Below are positions 11,369 through 21,873 of a DNA stretch of 64,000 nt, piece by piece. This stretch comes from Mucilaginibacter xinganensis. Its GTDB lineage: Bacteria; Bacteroidota; Bacteroidia; Sphingobacteriales; Sphingobacteriaceae. The stretch lies in assembly GCA_026225055.1 (NCBI GenBank), contig JAMFSA010000248.1:11137-75136 (forward strand), given 5' to 3'. Within the stretch, counting starts at the first letter, position 1, and each line of letters begins with the position of its first letter. Under the pieces are notes generated by a model. It did no database searches, was not told where the DNA came from, and saw nothing but the letters and a program-made list of their open reading frames with translations. Made by a program: the position numbers and the translations under genes.

Positions 11369-11671
11369 ATGATAAACTATGATGAAATAAGGGTAACGGA
11401 ACCCATTTCGGCTTGTTCCCATTTAAACCCGATTAAGCTGGTAAAAGTGGGAAATACCGGTGTATGCGAGGAATGTATTCGTGAACGTACGGAATGGGTG
11501 CACTTGAGAACCTGCCAGACCTGCGGCATAACACTTTGCTGCGATGATTCACCTGAAAAGCACATGACGAAATTACATCATCGCCAAACGCAGCACCCGG
11601 TGATAGCTTCGGCGGAGGAGGACGAAAGGTGGGTATATTGTTATTCGCATGAACTGATGGCTGCTTATTAG
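11369..11671 (+). CDS. UBP-type zinc finger protein
   Basis: CSH...CEEC...WVHLRTCQTCG..LCCDDSP..H...H...HPV...W.YCY. Likely start MINYDE at 11369. Confidence 0.85.
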   Translation: MINYDEIRVTEPISACSHLNPIKLVKVGNTGVCEECIRERTEWVHLRTCQTCGITLCCDDSPEKHMTKLHHRQTQHPVIASAEEDERWVYCYSHELMAAY

Positions 11672-11833
11672 CATTGGCGCTGCAAAGTTTCATTTTTAAA
11701 CTCAACATCCGGCTATTCAAATAATAAATGAAAGCTGAAATCAGTTATTGATTGTTAGGCCCCCGTTTCGTAGTTATGGCGCAAATATATCCCTTAAATT
11801 GCGGTACCTACTGCTTTAAATTTTGTTTTTAAA

Positions 11834-13099
11834 ATGAAACCCAGAAATTCCGAATCCCAACAGAAACAGATTAAAATTTATGGAGCTATTGACTCATCGG
11901 GTGTATACCTGATTCGTGACTTCCTGAGAAGAAGTGTGATCGACTTTGAGCTAATTGATTCGATATCTTCTCCCGATTTAATGGCTGTCGGTAATTTTAA
12001 AAACCATGCAATTGCCGTCGAGTTTCCGGACGGAACCTTTTTATTTGATCCCTCTCTCACTGAAATAGCAAATTCACTCGGCTGGATCAGTCAGCCAAAG
12101 CATGCTGAATATGACGTATCGATTTATGGTGCGGGCCCCGCGGGCCTAAGTGCCGCAGTATATGCCGCCTCCGAAGGATTGAAAACAATTTTAATTGAAA
12201 GAGATGCGATAGGCGGCCAGGCCGGGACAAGTTCACTTATTGAAAATTATATGGGATTCCCCATGGGTATTTCGGGGGCGGAACTGGCAGAAAGGGCCAG
12301 AGAGCAGGCATTGAAATTTGGAGCTGAAATATTATTGCTCCGTGAGGGTGTTAAAGGAATGTTTGGCAATAATCGCATTTGCGTCACGCTCACAAACGGG
12401 CAAAAAATAGTCGCCAAAACTAACATTTGCGCAACGGGTGTTGAATACACTAAACTGGGGCTTAAAGATGAAGAAAGGCTGCTTAATAAAGGACTATATT
12501 ATGGCGCAGGGGCAAGTGAAGCCTTTTTTTGCAACTCCCGAGATATTTTTATTGTCGGCGGTGGTAACTCTGCCGGCCAGGCCGTAGTTTACTTTTCAGG
12601 ATTTGCCAAAAGTGTTTACATGGTTATCAGAAAGGGGGAGTTATCAGATACCTTGTCTTACTACCTGATCAACAGGATCAATAAAATAGCCAATGTCAAG
12701 ATTTTATACCACTCAGAACTTACCGAAATAGAAGGAAATGATCAGCTTGAAAGGGTCAAAATTAGCAATAGAAAAGAAAATGTCGACACCTGGTACGAAA
12801 CTGCCAAAGTATTCATTTGTGTAGGCGGGAATCCTAATACCGACTGGGCCGACTGTACGCCGATTATACGAAATCCCTCAGGTTATTTAATTACGGGTGC
12901 TGATTTAATTGGAACACAGGCTTTTGAGAATTGCTGGAATCTTGACCGTTTACCCTTTCACTTGGAAACCAGCGTGCCAGGTTGTTTTGCTGCGGGCGAT
13001 GTCAGGTTTAATTCTGTAAAAAGGGTAGCATCGGCGGTTGGCGAGGGCGCCATGGCCGTAACCTTTGTTCACCAATACCTGACCGCTACAAAATATTGA
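11834..13099 (+). CDS. Thioredoxin reductase-like FAD/NAD(P) oxidoreductase with N-terminal extension
   Basis: GAGPAGLSAAVY, GGQAGTSSLIENYMGFP, VGGGNSAGQA, FAAGDVR..SVKRVASAVGEG. No canonical CxxC. Confidence 0.88.
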   Translation: MKPRNSESQQKQIKIYGAIDSSGVYLIRDFLRRSVIDFELIDSISSPDLMAVGNFKNHAIAVEFPDGTFLFDPSLTEIANSLGWISQPKHAEYDVSIYGAGPAGLSAAVYAASEGLKTILIERDAIGGQAGTSSLIENYMGFPMGISGAELAERAREQALKFGAEILLLREGVKGMFGNNRICVTLTNGQKIVAKTNICATGVEYTKLGLKDEERLLNKGLYYGAGASEAFFCNSRDIFIVGGGNSAGQAVVYFSGFAKSVYMVIRKGELSDTLSYYLINRINKIANVKILYHSELTEIEGNDQLERVKISNRKENVDTWYETAKVFICVGGNPNTDWADCTPIIRNPSGYLITGADLIGTQAFENCWNLDRLPFHLETSVPGCFAAGDVRFNSVKRVASAVGEGAMAVTFVHQYLTATKY

Positions 13100-13341
13100 T
13101 AACAACAGCAGGCAGAGCAGTGATTAATTTTACTGGAAATTATTCATGAAAATCAGGTTTCGATGCCATTCTTTTAATTTTTGTTCCTATTTCAGAGGTG
13201 TTAAGGTATTTGCCATTATATAAATGATATGATCGCAAGCTTAAGTTATTTGGATGCCTAAATTAACTGTAATAGCTTTGCTGCAGGATTAATGATATAA
13301 CATTTGTCTTTTCTTAGTTTGATAATATCATCCCAAAAAGC

Positions 13342-13650
13342 ATGTTAACTAAAATCGCAATGAGTATACACGTTTCAACGATTATAAAGGGCAAAAAAGG
13401 ACATGCCGACACACTAAAGCCTTTTCTATTTCATCTGGTAAATGATTCACGCATAGAAAAAGCCTGCCTGCGATTCGATTTATACCAAAGTTTAAATAAC
13501 GAAAATGTCTTTATTATTCAGGAAGAGTGGCTTGAACACTCCTGGTATGATTTTCATATTCAACAACAACATGTGAACGATTTTGTCCGGGCTTCGGAAG
13601 ACTTTCTGGAAAATGAAATGGAGTTTTATTTATACGAAAAGATCGCCTGA
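13342..13650 (+). CDS. ABM/quinol monooxygenase family protein
   Basis: SRIEKACLRFDLYQ...FIIQEEW...H..QQH. Start may be 13360. Confidence 0.8.
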   Translation: MLTKIAMSIHVSTIIKGKKGHADTLKPFLFHLVNDSRIEKACLRFDLYQSLNNENVFIIQEEWLEHSWYDFHIQQQHVNDFVRASEDFLENEMEFYLYEKIA

Positions 13651-13818
13651 AAATTGACCTCGCCAGGCCAATCATCCGACAGTGACTTTTATGATATAAA
13701 GAATTCATCTGGAGGAAATAAATTCCGGTTTTCTTAATCAAAACGATGTCACGTTAACTTTGCACGCTGACAGTGGCGGATTTATGCAGGATTTCGTAGG
13801 ATTTGATAAATTTGTCAG

Positions 13819-14400
13819 ATGTTTGAAATTTTCGCAAGATACCTGCGCACGCATATAGAAATTTCTGATGATGATCTGGAGTTGATACGTATCGGTAGTA
13901 TAGAAAAACGCCTCCGTAAATGGCAGCCATTGTTTCAGGATGGCGATGTCTGGCTTACTAATTGTTTTATCGCCAGCGGATGTTTACGCATTTATAGGAT
14001 TGGGGGAGACGGCAAGGACCATACCTTTAGATTTGGCGTGGATAACTGGTGGGTAACCGATGTGGAAAGTTACAATCATGAAACGCCATCCAGGTTTGAT
14101 GTCGAAGCACTGGCGGCGAGCACCGTGATTATATGGACTAAGAAAAAATGGATGGAGTTGATGGTGACGATCCCCGTTTTAAGGGAATTTCAGGAGGCAC
14201 TGATGGCCAGGAGCTATGAAGCCAGCCAGCGACGCATTTATTCGCTGATCAGTTCATCCGCCGAAGAAAAATACAACGAATTTCAGAAAACTTATCCAGG
14301 CGTATTTAACCAGGTGCCATTACACATGGTGGCCTCTTATCTCGGTGTATCCAGGGAAACCGTTAGCAGGTTAAGGAAAGAACTTACTAAGCGCAAATAA
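13819..14400 (+). CDS. Crp/Fnr family transcriptional regulator
   Basis: cNMP-binding-like N-terminus (FIASGCLRIY) and C-terminal HTH VPLHMVASYLGVSRETVSRLR. Confidence 0.9.
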   Translation: MFEIFARYLRTHIEISDDDLELIRIGSIEKRLRKWQPLFQDGDVWLTNCFIASGCLRIYRIGGDGKDHTFRFGVDNWWVTDVESYNHETPSRFDVEALAASTVIIWTKKKWMELMVTIPVLREFQEALMARSYEASQRRIYSLISSSAEEKYNEFQKTYPGVFNQVPLHMVASYLGVSRETVSRLRKELTKRK

Positions 14401-14481
14401 GGACGCTTTCAAATAGCCAATGAACCGCGGTCCTTTATACAGAATTAATAGGGGAATCAACTTAATTTAATTCTTTACAGT

Positions 14482-15624
14482 TTATAATTGGAATACTTTT
14501 TTAAGTTGGTCGACAGCATAATTTTCGGCATCTTTTGCCTCCGGAATAACTGCCCCAAACCCAAAAAATTCATGGGTCACGCCATCATAGTTTCTGTTAC
14601 TGGTGCTGACGCCTGCAGCTTTTAATTTTCGGACCAGGTTCAATCCCTCACTATTTAACGGATCAATCTCATCTGTAATTACCGTGGTTGGCGGCAGGCC
14701 TTTGAGATTCGCGTCCACTAAATCCATTCTCGGGTCTTTTTCTTCTGCTTCATTATTGAGGTATTGTTTATCAAACCAAACCATTAAAGGCCTGCTTAAA
14801 GGTTCCACATTGGCGTTTTTTATATAAGAAGCTGTTGTTGTATCAGTACCAACTATTGGATAAATAGCCACAATTGCCGAGGGCAGCATAATCCCCGCAT
14901 CACGTGCCTTGATAGCGGTCGAAATAGCCAGGTTACCGCCAGCGCTTTCTCCCACAAGGGCTATTTTTTTAGGGTTACCATTGATGGAGGCCGCATTTTT
15001 AATTGCCCAGATATATGCGGCGTAGGCGTCGTTATGCGCGGTTGGAAATTTGTGCTCCGGCGCTAAACGGTAGCCAACCGAAATAACGACAGCGCCAACT
15101 TTATCAGCAAGTATTTTAGCGGAAGCGGCATATACTTCGATATTCGCGACAACAAAACCCCCTGCGTGAAAATAAACAATGATCGGTAAGGCTCCATTTG
15201 CATTCCTGGATGTGTATATGCTGATATGCATTGTACCGCCTTTCACAGGTATTTCTTTACCTGTAGTATCTATATTATATACTGGTCGGGGAATATGGTA
15301 TTCTTTTATAATGTCGTTCACCGCGTCTTTAATAGTAAGGTTCTCCCTGGCTTTTGCCGCGCCAATTTTCAGGGGTGATTTACCACCGTAGCTATCCAGT
15401 TTTTCAATAACAGCCAGCATTTGCGGTTTTATATCCGGTGCCCAGGCTGGCGCAGGGCCACTTGGCTTAATGTCCACCAGAGTCCCGGCGGCCGTTTTTT
15501 TTTTCACTGAACTATCTGACGACATAGCGGCAACTTTTGAATTAGAACTGCTGGTTTTGTTTTTACAGGCAGTCATTAGGAGGATACTGCAGACACTAAT
15601 GGTCAGGACTATGTTCGTTTTCAT
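14482..15624 (-). CDS. Lipoprotein esterase, HSL-family alpha/beta hydrolase
   Basis: Lipobox LMTAC, HAGGF oxyanion motif, GESAGG, DPL, HEF. Confidence 0.88.
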   Translation of the reverse strand: MKTNIVLTISVCSILLMTACKNKTSSSNSKVAAMSSDSSVKKKTAAGTLVDIKPSGPAPAWAPDIKPQMLAVIEKLDSYGGKSPLKIGAAKARENLTIKDAVNDIIKEYHIPRPVYNIDTTGKEIPVKGGTMHISIYTSRNANGALPIIVYFHAGGFVVANIEVYAASAKILADKVGAVVISVGYRLAPEHKFPTAHNDAYAAYIWAIKNAASINGNPKKIALVGESAGGNLAISTAIKARDAGIMLPSAIVAIYPIVGTDTTTASYIKNANVEPLSRPLMVWFDKQYLNNEAEEKDPRMDLVDANLKGLPPTTVITDEIDPLNSEGLNLVRKLKAAGVSTSNRNYDGVTHEFFGFGAVIPEAKDAENYAVDQLKKVFQL

Positions 15625-15680
15625 AAGCTTTTTTTAGGCAAAGTCGTTGGGTAGGAGGGGCCGCGTCTTTTTTTAATTTA

Positions 15681-16586
15681 TTATGCAATCCAATTTTCCA
15701 CTAGCAAATTCTCCAGGAATTCAATTTCTTTAGGATAGATCGTTTTTTTTCGCTTCCCGAAGTAAAGCGTATTCTCCAGATCGGAGTATCCGGTCCATGC
15801 CATTTTGATGTTATTGTTGCTGATTTCAGCTTTACAAAGAAAATCCGGCATGATCGTAAACCCCTCTGCATTTTTTAAGCAACGTAGTATGGAGTCGAAA
15901 TGAGGCAAAATAAAGTCCGGACTAAAACCGGGAATTTCTTTGAAATTGGTCAGCCAGAAAGATTTGAGATATTCCATATCAGCAGCAGTCGCAAACCATC
16001 TTTGTTTTTTCAACCAATTCATGAGGGCATTTCGGTCGTCTATCGCTATGAGCCTGTCGAGTTCGGAAGTATTCGTTTTTCCCCCGGCGACTAAAACAAT
16101 GCGTTCTTTTGAAAAGGGGTTAAAAGTAAGATTCGGACGGTGTGAATTTTTTGAAGTAATGACAAAATCTATCACGCCGTTGTTCAAATCCTCCGTCAGC
16201 TGGGCACACTCGCCGAATCTGGTAATTAAATTGAAAGGCAATTCGAAAACATGTTTTTCTAAGATGCACTGAAAGGTAGAATAACACATCCCAAGACTGA
16301 CTATAGGCCTACCCGCTCTTGACTTGCCATGAAAGAGCTTTTCAATTTCTTCCAGTTTCAGGAGCGCATCAATAACATAATCGTATAACAGGGTGCCCCT
16401 GTCTGTGGGTACTACTCTACGGGACTCCCGCTCGAAAAGACGAAAACCCGTATAGGACTCCAGTGAATTTAAATGAAGGCTCACACCAGGCTGAGAGACG
16501 AAAAGCAACTGGGCGGCGGCTGATAATGTTCCGACTTCGTAAACAACTTTAAATGTTCTATACCATTCTAGATTTAACATGGACAT
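15681..16586 (-). CDS. LysR family transcriptional regulator
   Basis: N-terminal HTH GTLSAAAQLLFVSQPGVSLHLNSLE...LFER, 301 aa. Confidence 0.92.
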   Translation of the reverse strand: MSMLNLEWYRTFKVVYEVGTLSAAAQLLFVSQPGVSLHLNSLESYTGFRLFERESRRVVPTDRGTLLYDYVIDALLKLEEIEKLFHGKSRAGRPIVSLGMCYSTFQCILEKHVFELPFNLITRFGECAQLTEDLNNGVIDFVITSKNSHRPNLTFNPFSKERIVLVAGGKTNTSELDRLIAIDDRNALMNWLKKQRWFATAADMEYLKSFWLTNFKEIPGFSPDFILPHFDSILRCLKNAEGFTIMPDFLCKAEISNNNIKMAWTGYSDLENTLYFGKRKKTIYPKEIEFLENLLVENWIA

Positions 16587-16742
16587 TGCTGATGTGAGAT
16601 TGGCTGTTAAATTACAGCCAACTTGATTCGAATTAACATCTCCCCGTTTTACTTATTCGCGAAAACAGGGTCAAACGATGGAAATATTACCTTGATAACA
16701 TTGTATAATAAATAAGTTAACATAAAATAGGTGTTAATGTGC

Positions 16743-16758
16743 TATAAGAAGACTTATA
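16743..16758. promoter_or_regulatory. Palindrome tataag-N4-cttata between divergent lysR and dps, possible operator
   Basis: Seen directly. AT-rich, so chance is possible. Confidence 0.25.
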
Positions 16759-17011
16759 CCTTTTATCATTACAGTAATAGAATAAAAAGCGAATCGAAGT
16801 TTGCGGGAATAATTAATTTCTACCTTTACTAAAACGGAGTCACAACGACGGTGATCATGTCATTTTTATTGTTGAAAGGTAGCATTTAGTCGTTTTCTGC
16901 CTAAAAGGGAAGCTGGGATCGGAGATGCCTTTACAATCATCGGTTTAAAAGATGAAGGCAAAAAAACGGCGCTTTACCAAACTTATATATAATCACTAAA
17001 ACCAATAAACT

Positions 17012-17485
17012 ATGGAACCGAATATCGGAATAAACGCTGAAAATCGCTCAAAAGTTGCGCACGCTTTAAATATTATCTTAGCAGATGAGTTTCTTTTGTA
17101 TACCAAAACCAAAAATGCACATTGGAATGTTGAAGGCGTAGATTTCCACAGCAAGCACTTGTTTTTTGAGTCGCAATTTGGCCAGCTGGATGAGATCGTG
17201 GACAACGTTGCAGAACGTATCCGTTCTTTAGGGCATTACGCGACTGCCACCCTCAAAGGTTTCCTGGAGTTAACCCATATCTCGAAACGGTTGCATGAAC
17301 ATAATGATGGACAAGGTTTTATAAGGGAACTGCTGTCCGATCATGAAAGCCTGATCACGCATATCAGGGAAAATATCGATTATTTCGCAAATGAATTAAA
17401 AGATTTCGGTACCAGCGATTTCATTACCGGTATGCTGGAAACACACGAAAAAATGGCTTGGATGCTGAGAGCACATTTGAAATAA
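17012..17485 (+). CDS. dps: Dps DNA starvation/stationary phase protection protein
   Basis: HWNVEG..F...H..FE, D.VAERIR.LG, HEKMAWML ferroxidase motifs. Confidence 0.95.
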   Translation: MEPNIGINAENRSKVAHALNIILADEFLLYTKTKNAHWNVEGVDFHSKHLFFESQFGQLDEIVDNVAERIRSLGHYATATLKGFLELTHISKRLHEHNDGQGFIRELLSDHESLITHIRENIDYFANELKDFGTSDFITGMLETHEKMAWMLRAHLK

Positions 17486-17532
17486 TCATTGGATCATAAT
17501 TATTAACCCATAGGTCTAGACTTTAAGACATA

Positions 17533-17566
17533 GGGGACAGCAACTAAATGAAGTAAGTGCTGCCCC
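17533..17566. terminator. Stem-loop between convergent dps and oxidoreductase genes
   Basis: ggggacagca pairs with tgctgcccc with one bulge. Confidence 0.45.
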
Positions 17567-17611
17567 CAGGCGTCAGGCATTAAAAGCGACAGGTTAAGTT
17601 ATGGTATCTTT

Positions 17612-18544
17612 TTAGGGTATTAAAACAATCTTTCCTACTGTTTTTCCTCCGGATAATTTTTCGTGCGCACGAACGATCTCATCTAAAGCAAAAATCGAAT
17701 CAATATGTACTTTTAAGCTTCGGTCTTCCAGCATTTCCGCTATTTTACGCATATCGCTGCCGCTTGATCTTACCCTTGTTCTGAAAATATTTAAGCCCAG
17801 AGAGGTTGCTTTATCTTTTAGTTCTTCCGAAACTTCAGAGCCAATACTGATAATAGTTCCTCCAGCACTAACGACAAACAGTGATCTTTCCGCTATAAAC
17901 TCATTTTGGGTATTTAATACAAAGTCCATATTCCTTAATTCGTCCTCGAAATGGACAGCCTTGTAATCGATATGTTCGTCTGCACCTAACCCTAATACGA
18001 ACTTACGGTTTTCGAATGAGGAGGTGGTAATTACATAGGCTCCCAATACTTTTGCAATTTGTATAGCAAAATGCCCGACACCCCCGGAACCGCCGTGAAT
18101 AAGTACCCTGTCACCTTTTTTTATATGATGGTGGGTAGTTAGATTCTGCCATGCCGTTAAGGCAGCGAGGCAAGCACCGGCGGATTGTTCGTGGCTGATA
18201 GGCCCCGGCTTTAGGCTAAGTTGGTTCGCTTCTGCTGCGACATAGGCTGCATAAGCTTTCCCGTGGCCCGGATAGTTATTCATCCCGAAAACTTCATCGC
18301 CTTTCTCAAAATCAGGTGATGAACTTTCTTCAACGATCCCGGAAATATCCCAACCTAATATCACCGGTCTCTCTGTTATATAATCAGCAACACCTTTACC
18401 TTCCCTCGTTTTAATGTCTATGGGATTAACGCTCAATGCGCTTATTTTAACCAGTACTTGTCCTTTGACTATAATTGGCTTGGTAAATTCTGTTACCTGC
18501 AAATTGCTAACCCCGCCGAAATCTTTTAAAATGACCGCTTTCAT
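17612..18544 (-). CDS. NADP-dependent quinone oxidoreductase (MDR superfamily)
   Basis: SVNPID, ILGWDISG, IHGGSGGVGHFAIQIAK, GKIVL. Likely start MKAVIL at 18544. Confidence 0.9.
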   Translation of the reverse strand: MKAVILKDFGGVSNLQVTEFTKPIIVKGQVLVKISALSVNPIDIKTREGKGVADYITERPVILGWDISGIVEESSSPDFEKGDEVFGMNNYPGHGKAYAAYVAAEANQLSLKPGPISHEQSAGACLAALTAWQNLTTHHHIKKGDRVLIHGGSGGVGHFAIQIAKVLGAYVITTSSFENRKFVLGLGADEHIDYKAVHFEDELRNMDFVLNTQNEFIAERSLFVVSAGGTIISIGSEVSEELKDKATSLGLNIFRTRVRSSGSDMRKIAEMLEDRSLKVHIDSIFALDEIVRAHEKLSGGKTVGKIVLIP

Positions 18545-18623
18545 AATGGCAACATGATTTTTATTTACTCGGGCCACCTGGATATTGCTCCCGGTGGTTT
18601 GGTCAGTTTGCCTGGATCTTGAA

Positions 18624-20279
18624 TTAAATAATTTCCGGATATACCGGCAAATACTGCATGTCTCTGATCCATTTGGCTATATCGTCCGGCTGCCCGGTAC
18701 GTGCCAGCCCGGCTTTAAAGATTGCTTGCGCAACCTTAATGGCCACCTTGGTAGATATAGAAAGTATTTCTGCCTGTGGCGGGAAAACCATTCCCTTACT
18801 ACGCTCTTCATCCGTTAATAAATCGGCGAGCGCCTTTGCCGACGCTATCCAAAGCTCATCTGTGACCAGTTTGGGGTTGGTGGCATAAATTGCAAGACTG
18901 ACGCCCGGAAAGCAATAGTAGTTATTGGCTTGCCCCGGAATAAAGGTTGCTGCACCGATCTGCACCGAATCGAAAGGTACCCCCGAAGCATAGATGGCGG
19001 TTCCGTTTGACCATTTGTACGCTTCTTCAGCCGTACATTCGGCATGTTCTGTTGGATTTGAAAGCGCAAAAATGACCGGCCTTTTATTGATAGCAACCAT
19101 CGCCTTTACTACCTCTTCCGTGAATGCCTTTCCAATGGTGCTCACGCCAATTAATATTGAGGGCTTTATTTCCTTTATCGCACTGAGTAGATCTTTAGTT
19201 GGCGTGTTTGCTTTCGCGTAAACCTGCTGCTCAGCAGATAGATCGGTCCGTTGTTCGTCCAATAGGCCGTCGATATCAAACAGAGCGATGTTCGACCTTG
19301 CCGCTCCTTGTGTTAAACCATTCTGTTGCATGGCCGCAACAATCATATCAGCAATTCCTAACCCGGCAGATCCTGCACCTAAAAACAGAACTTTTTGCGT
19401 ATTTATTTTTTCTTGCTTTATATTCAATGCACCCATGATGCCGGCCAGCGCAACAGCTGCAGTCCCCTGGATGTCATCGTTATAACAGCAGATTTTGTTC
19501 TTATATTTTTCGAGCAGCCGTATGGCATCCGTGCCCTTCCAGTCTTCAAAATGAATACAGCAATCAGGGAAAAGTTCCTGAACTGCATCCACGAATTCTT
19601 CGACGAATTCGTCCAGTTCAGCGCTGGAAGGACGTTTTCTCCGAAGTCCGATATAAAGGGGATCGTCCAATAAATTCTGGTTATCCGTCCCACAATCCAA
19701 TAACAATGGTAAGAGTCCGTCCGGTGGTACTGCCGCGCATGCGGTATATAATTGCAATTTTCCTAACGGAATGCCCATCCCGTCAGCACCAAGGTCGCCG
19801 AGTCCAAGGATCCGGCCGCCGGTACTCACGCAAATGAAACGCACGTCTTCCACAGGCCAGTTTGCTAGTACTTCTTTGACACGTCCTTTATCATTTAACG
19901 TGATATACATACCGGATTTTTCTCTGTATATATGACTGAATTTTAAACACGCTTCACCCACTGTAGGATCATACATAATGGGAACGAACCGAGCCGGGTC
20001 GGACATTAAAACTTTAAAGAACAATGTTTCATTCCGGTCATGCAGGGACGTGAGGTATATATACCTTTCCAAGTCATTGGGTTTGTTTCCCAGGTGTAGA
20101 TTCACCCTTTCCACCTGCTGATCGATAGTTTCGACGACAACTGGTAACAGTCCCTCCAAATGAAACCGCTTTCTGTCTTTTTCAGAAAATGCCGTGTCAC
20201 GGTTTAGCGTGGCGTTGTTTAATAATGATGCTACCGATTTTTGGGTATTAGGCCTTTTTTCAATTGTTACCGTTTTCAT
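18624..20279 (-). CDS. maeA: NAD-dependent malic enzyme
   Basis: YDPTVGEAC, RILGLGDLG, GKLQLYTAC, HFEDW, NDDIQGT, GAGSAG, FALSNPT, GQANN. Confidence 0.92.
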   Translation of the reverse strand: MKTVTIEKRPNTQKSVASLLNNATLNRDTAFSEKDRKRFHLEGLLPVVVETIDQQVERVNLHLGNKPNDLERYIYLTSLHDRNETLFFKVLMSDPARFVPIMYDPTVGEACLKFSHIYREKSGMYITLNDKGRVKEVLANWPVEDVRFICVSTGGRILGLGDLGADGMGIPLGKLQLYTACAAVPPDGLLPLLLDCGTDNQNLLDDPLYIGLRRKRPSSAELDEFVEEFVDAVQELFPDCCIHFEDWKGTDAIRLLEKYKNKICCYNDDIQGTAAVALAGIMGALNIKQEKINTQKVLFLGAGSAGLGIADMIVAAMQQNGLTQGAARSNIALFDIDGLLDEQRTDLSAEQQVYAKANTPTKDLLSAIKEIKPSILIGVSTIGKAFTEEVVKAMVAINKRPVIFALSNPTEHAECTAEEAYKWSNGTAIYASGVPFDSVQIGAATFIPGQANNYYCFPGVSLAIYATNPKLVTDELWIASAKALADLLTDEERSKGMVFPPQAEILSISTKVAIKVAQAIFKAGLARTGQPDDIAKWIRDMQYLPVYPEII

Positions 20280-20906
20280 AGGATTTTTATATTAAATAAA
20301 ACACTTAGACTGGCAGTACTGGATGCTCGGCAATTGCTTTCCGGATTTTGCGCGATCAGCAATTGATTCAAATTTTATAGGAATTGCTTCTAGCCAACAG
20401 CGATTAAACCATTGCCGTTATGCATTGCTGAATAGCACTTACAAAAGTCTATTGATTTGGGCGTTACAAGAAATAGGTTGAATTATACTACACATCAGCC
20501 ATGTAATAGTTAGAGGATGTATCCTGAATAAAGAATGAAATAATAATGGCTGAATAGGCGCACCGATATTTCGTGTAAAATTCAGACCAATCCGGCAGGT
20601 TAGCAAAATCATTCTTAAGGCCAACAAAGTTGGTGATCCGGATAACGAAAGAAATGTCAGGCCCGGTTCTTGGAAGCAAGTAATTTTAGAAAAGTCATTA
20701 GCGATCAGAAAAATTATAGGTTCTATAAGTACAGTGATTATGGTTTTAATGCTATATACTTCAAATTCGCTAATTGACCTGTTTTGGCAAAAAAGTCGAG
20801 TTTTTGTTCTTGAGGAAATAATTTAATGGATTTTTTGATGGCAAAGGACAGTTGTGCAATGATTCCTGTTCCCGGATAAGTACATGCTATTACCGTATAA
20901 ATAATT

Positions 20907-21596
20907 ATGGAGGAAAAACAGTATAACATCCGGTTTTTAACCGTTTTGTTGACCTTAACGGGCGGCTATTGCGACAGCCTTACTTTCGTCGCCGCCAATA
21001 AAATCTTCTCCGCTCACGTAACCGGTAACTTTATTGTTTTCGCTTACCAGCTGATAGTGGGCGCTGATAGCGCTGCCTGGGGCAGAATGCTGGCCTTCCC
21101 GGTTTTTCTGGTTTCGGTTATGGCCGGTGGCTGGCTAATTGCAAAGTTTTCAAGTCCTCATTTCCTTTTTTTTTGCGAGGGCATGGCGCTGCTGATAGGG
21201 GGGGCGATAGTTTATTTTGGCGGTATCACAAAATATAGTGGAATGACGTCCATAAAATACCTGGCAACGATGATTGTCGTATTTGCAATGGGTTTACAAA
21301 ATGCCGTCGGAAGATGCTTCAAGGAAGAAACTTACGGCCCCACAACCATGATGACCGGGAATGTAACGCAGTTTGCGCTGGATGTAAGGTCGTATTTAAG
21401 TTCGGGATTCACCAGCACAGCATCCCTTACAAAAATAATCAGGGAATTGACAACACTTGGTTGCTTTCTAACCGGTTGTATTTTAGGTGCGTACGTCGGG
21501 CACCAATTTGGTCTGGTTGGAATGGTTTTGCCCGGAATAATAATGGTGCTTGTTTTTTTCTGCAGAAAAAATATTTATGAATGGCACTCGTTATAG
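20907..21596 (+). CDS. YoaK/DUF1275 family membrane protein
   Basis: GGYCD, FSAHVTGNF, AMGLQNA, TTMMTGN. Confidence 0.9.
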   Translation: MEEKQYNIRFLTVLLTLTGGYCDSLTFVAANKIFSAHVTGNFIVFAYQLIVGADSAAWGRMLAFPVFLVSVMAGGWLIAKFSSPHFLFFCEGMALLIGGAIVYFGGITKYSGMTSIKYLATMIVVFAMGLQNAVGRCFKEETYGPTTMMTGNVTQFALDVRSYLSSGFTSTASLTKIIRELTTLGCFLTGCILGAYVGHQFGLVGMVLPGIIMVLVFFCRKNIYEWHSL

Positions 21597-21873
21597 CCGT
21601 TTCACAAGTCAAAAGAGTGATATCAAAATATGATTATAATATTATTAAGATTTGTAAAGTATTATTTGGGAATTTCAAAAGCTTTAAAAAACAGATTCAG
21701 TGCGCCGTATAGCGCGTTTTGTTTTATGCAAGTATGATAATAGGAATTTACAATCAATAAACAAATAGGTACAAAGTTAAAATTGCCATGGAAATTGAAT
21801 TTTCGTCTAAAAATATCTATCATTGGCATTCGTTTGCATATATTCACTTGATAGTAAGCAGATAAAAAAGGCT

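Noticed and set aside
20439-20929. Short minus-strand ORFs between maeA and yoaK as a possible pseudogene
   Set aside because: No recognisable family motif in any frame. More likely a divergent promoter region; it contains a ttatag-N3-ctataa palindrome at 20714-20728 of uncertain meaning.
1587-21640. Identical 13-mer atatgattataat at 1587-1599 and 21628-21640 as a target-site duplication or shared operator
   Set aside because: Very AT-rich and short, in AT-rich intergenic DNA, so chance is plausible. No mobile-element ends are adjacent.
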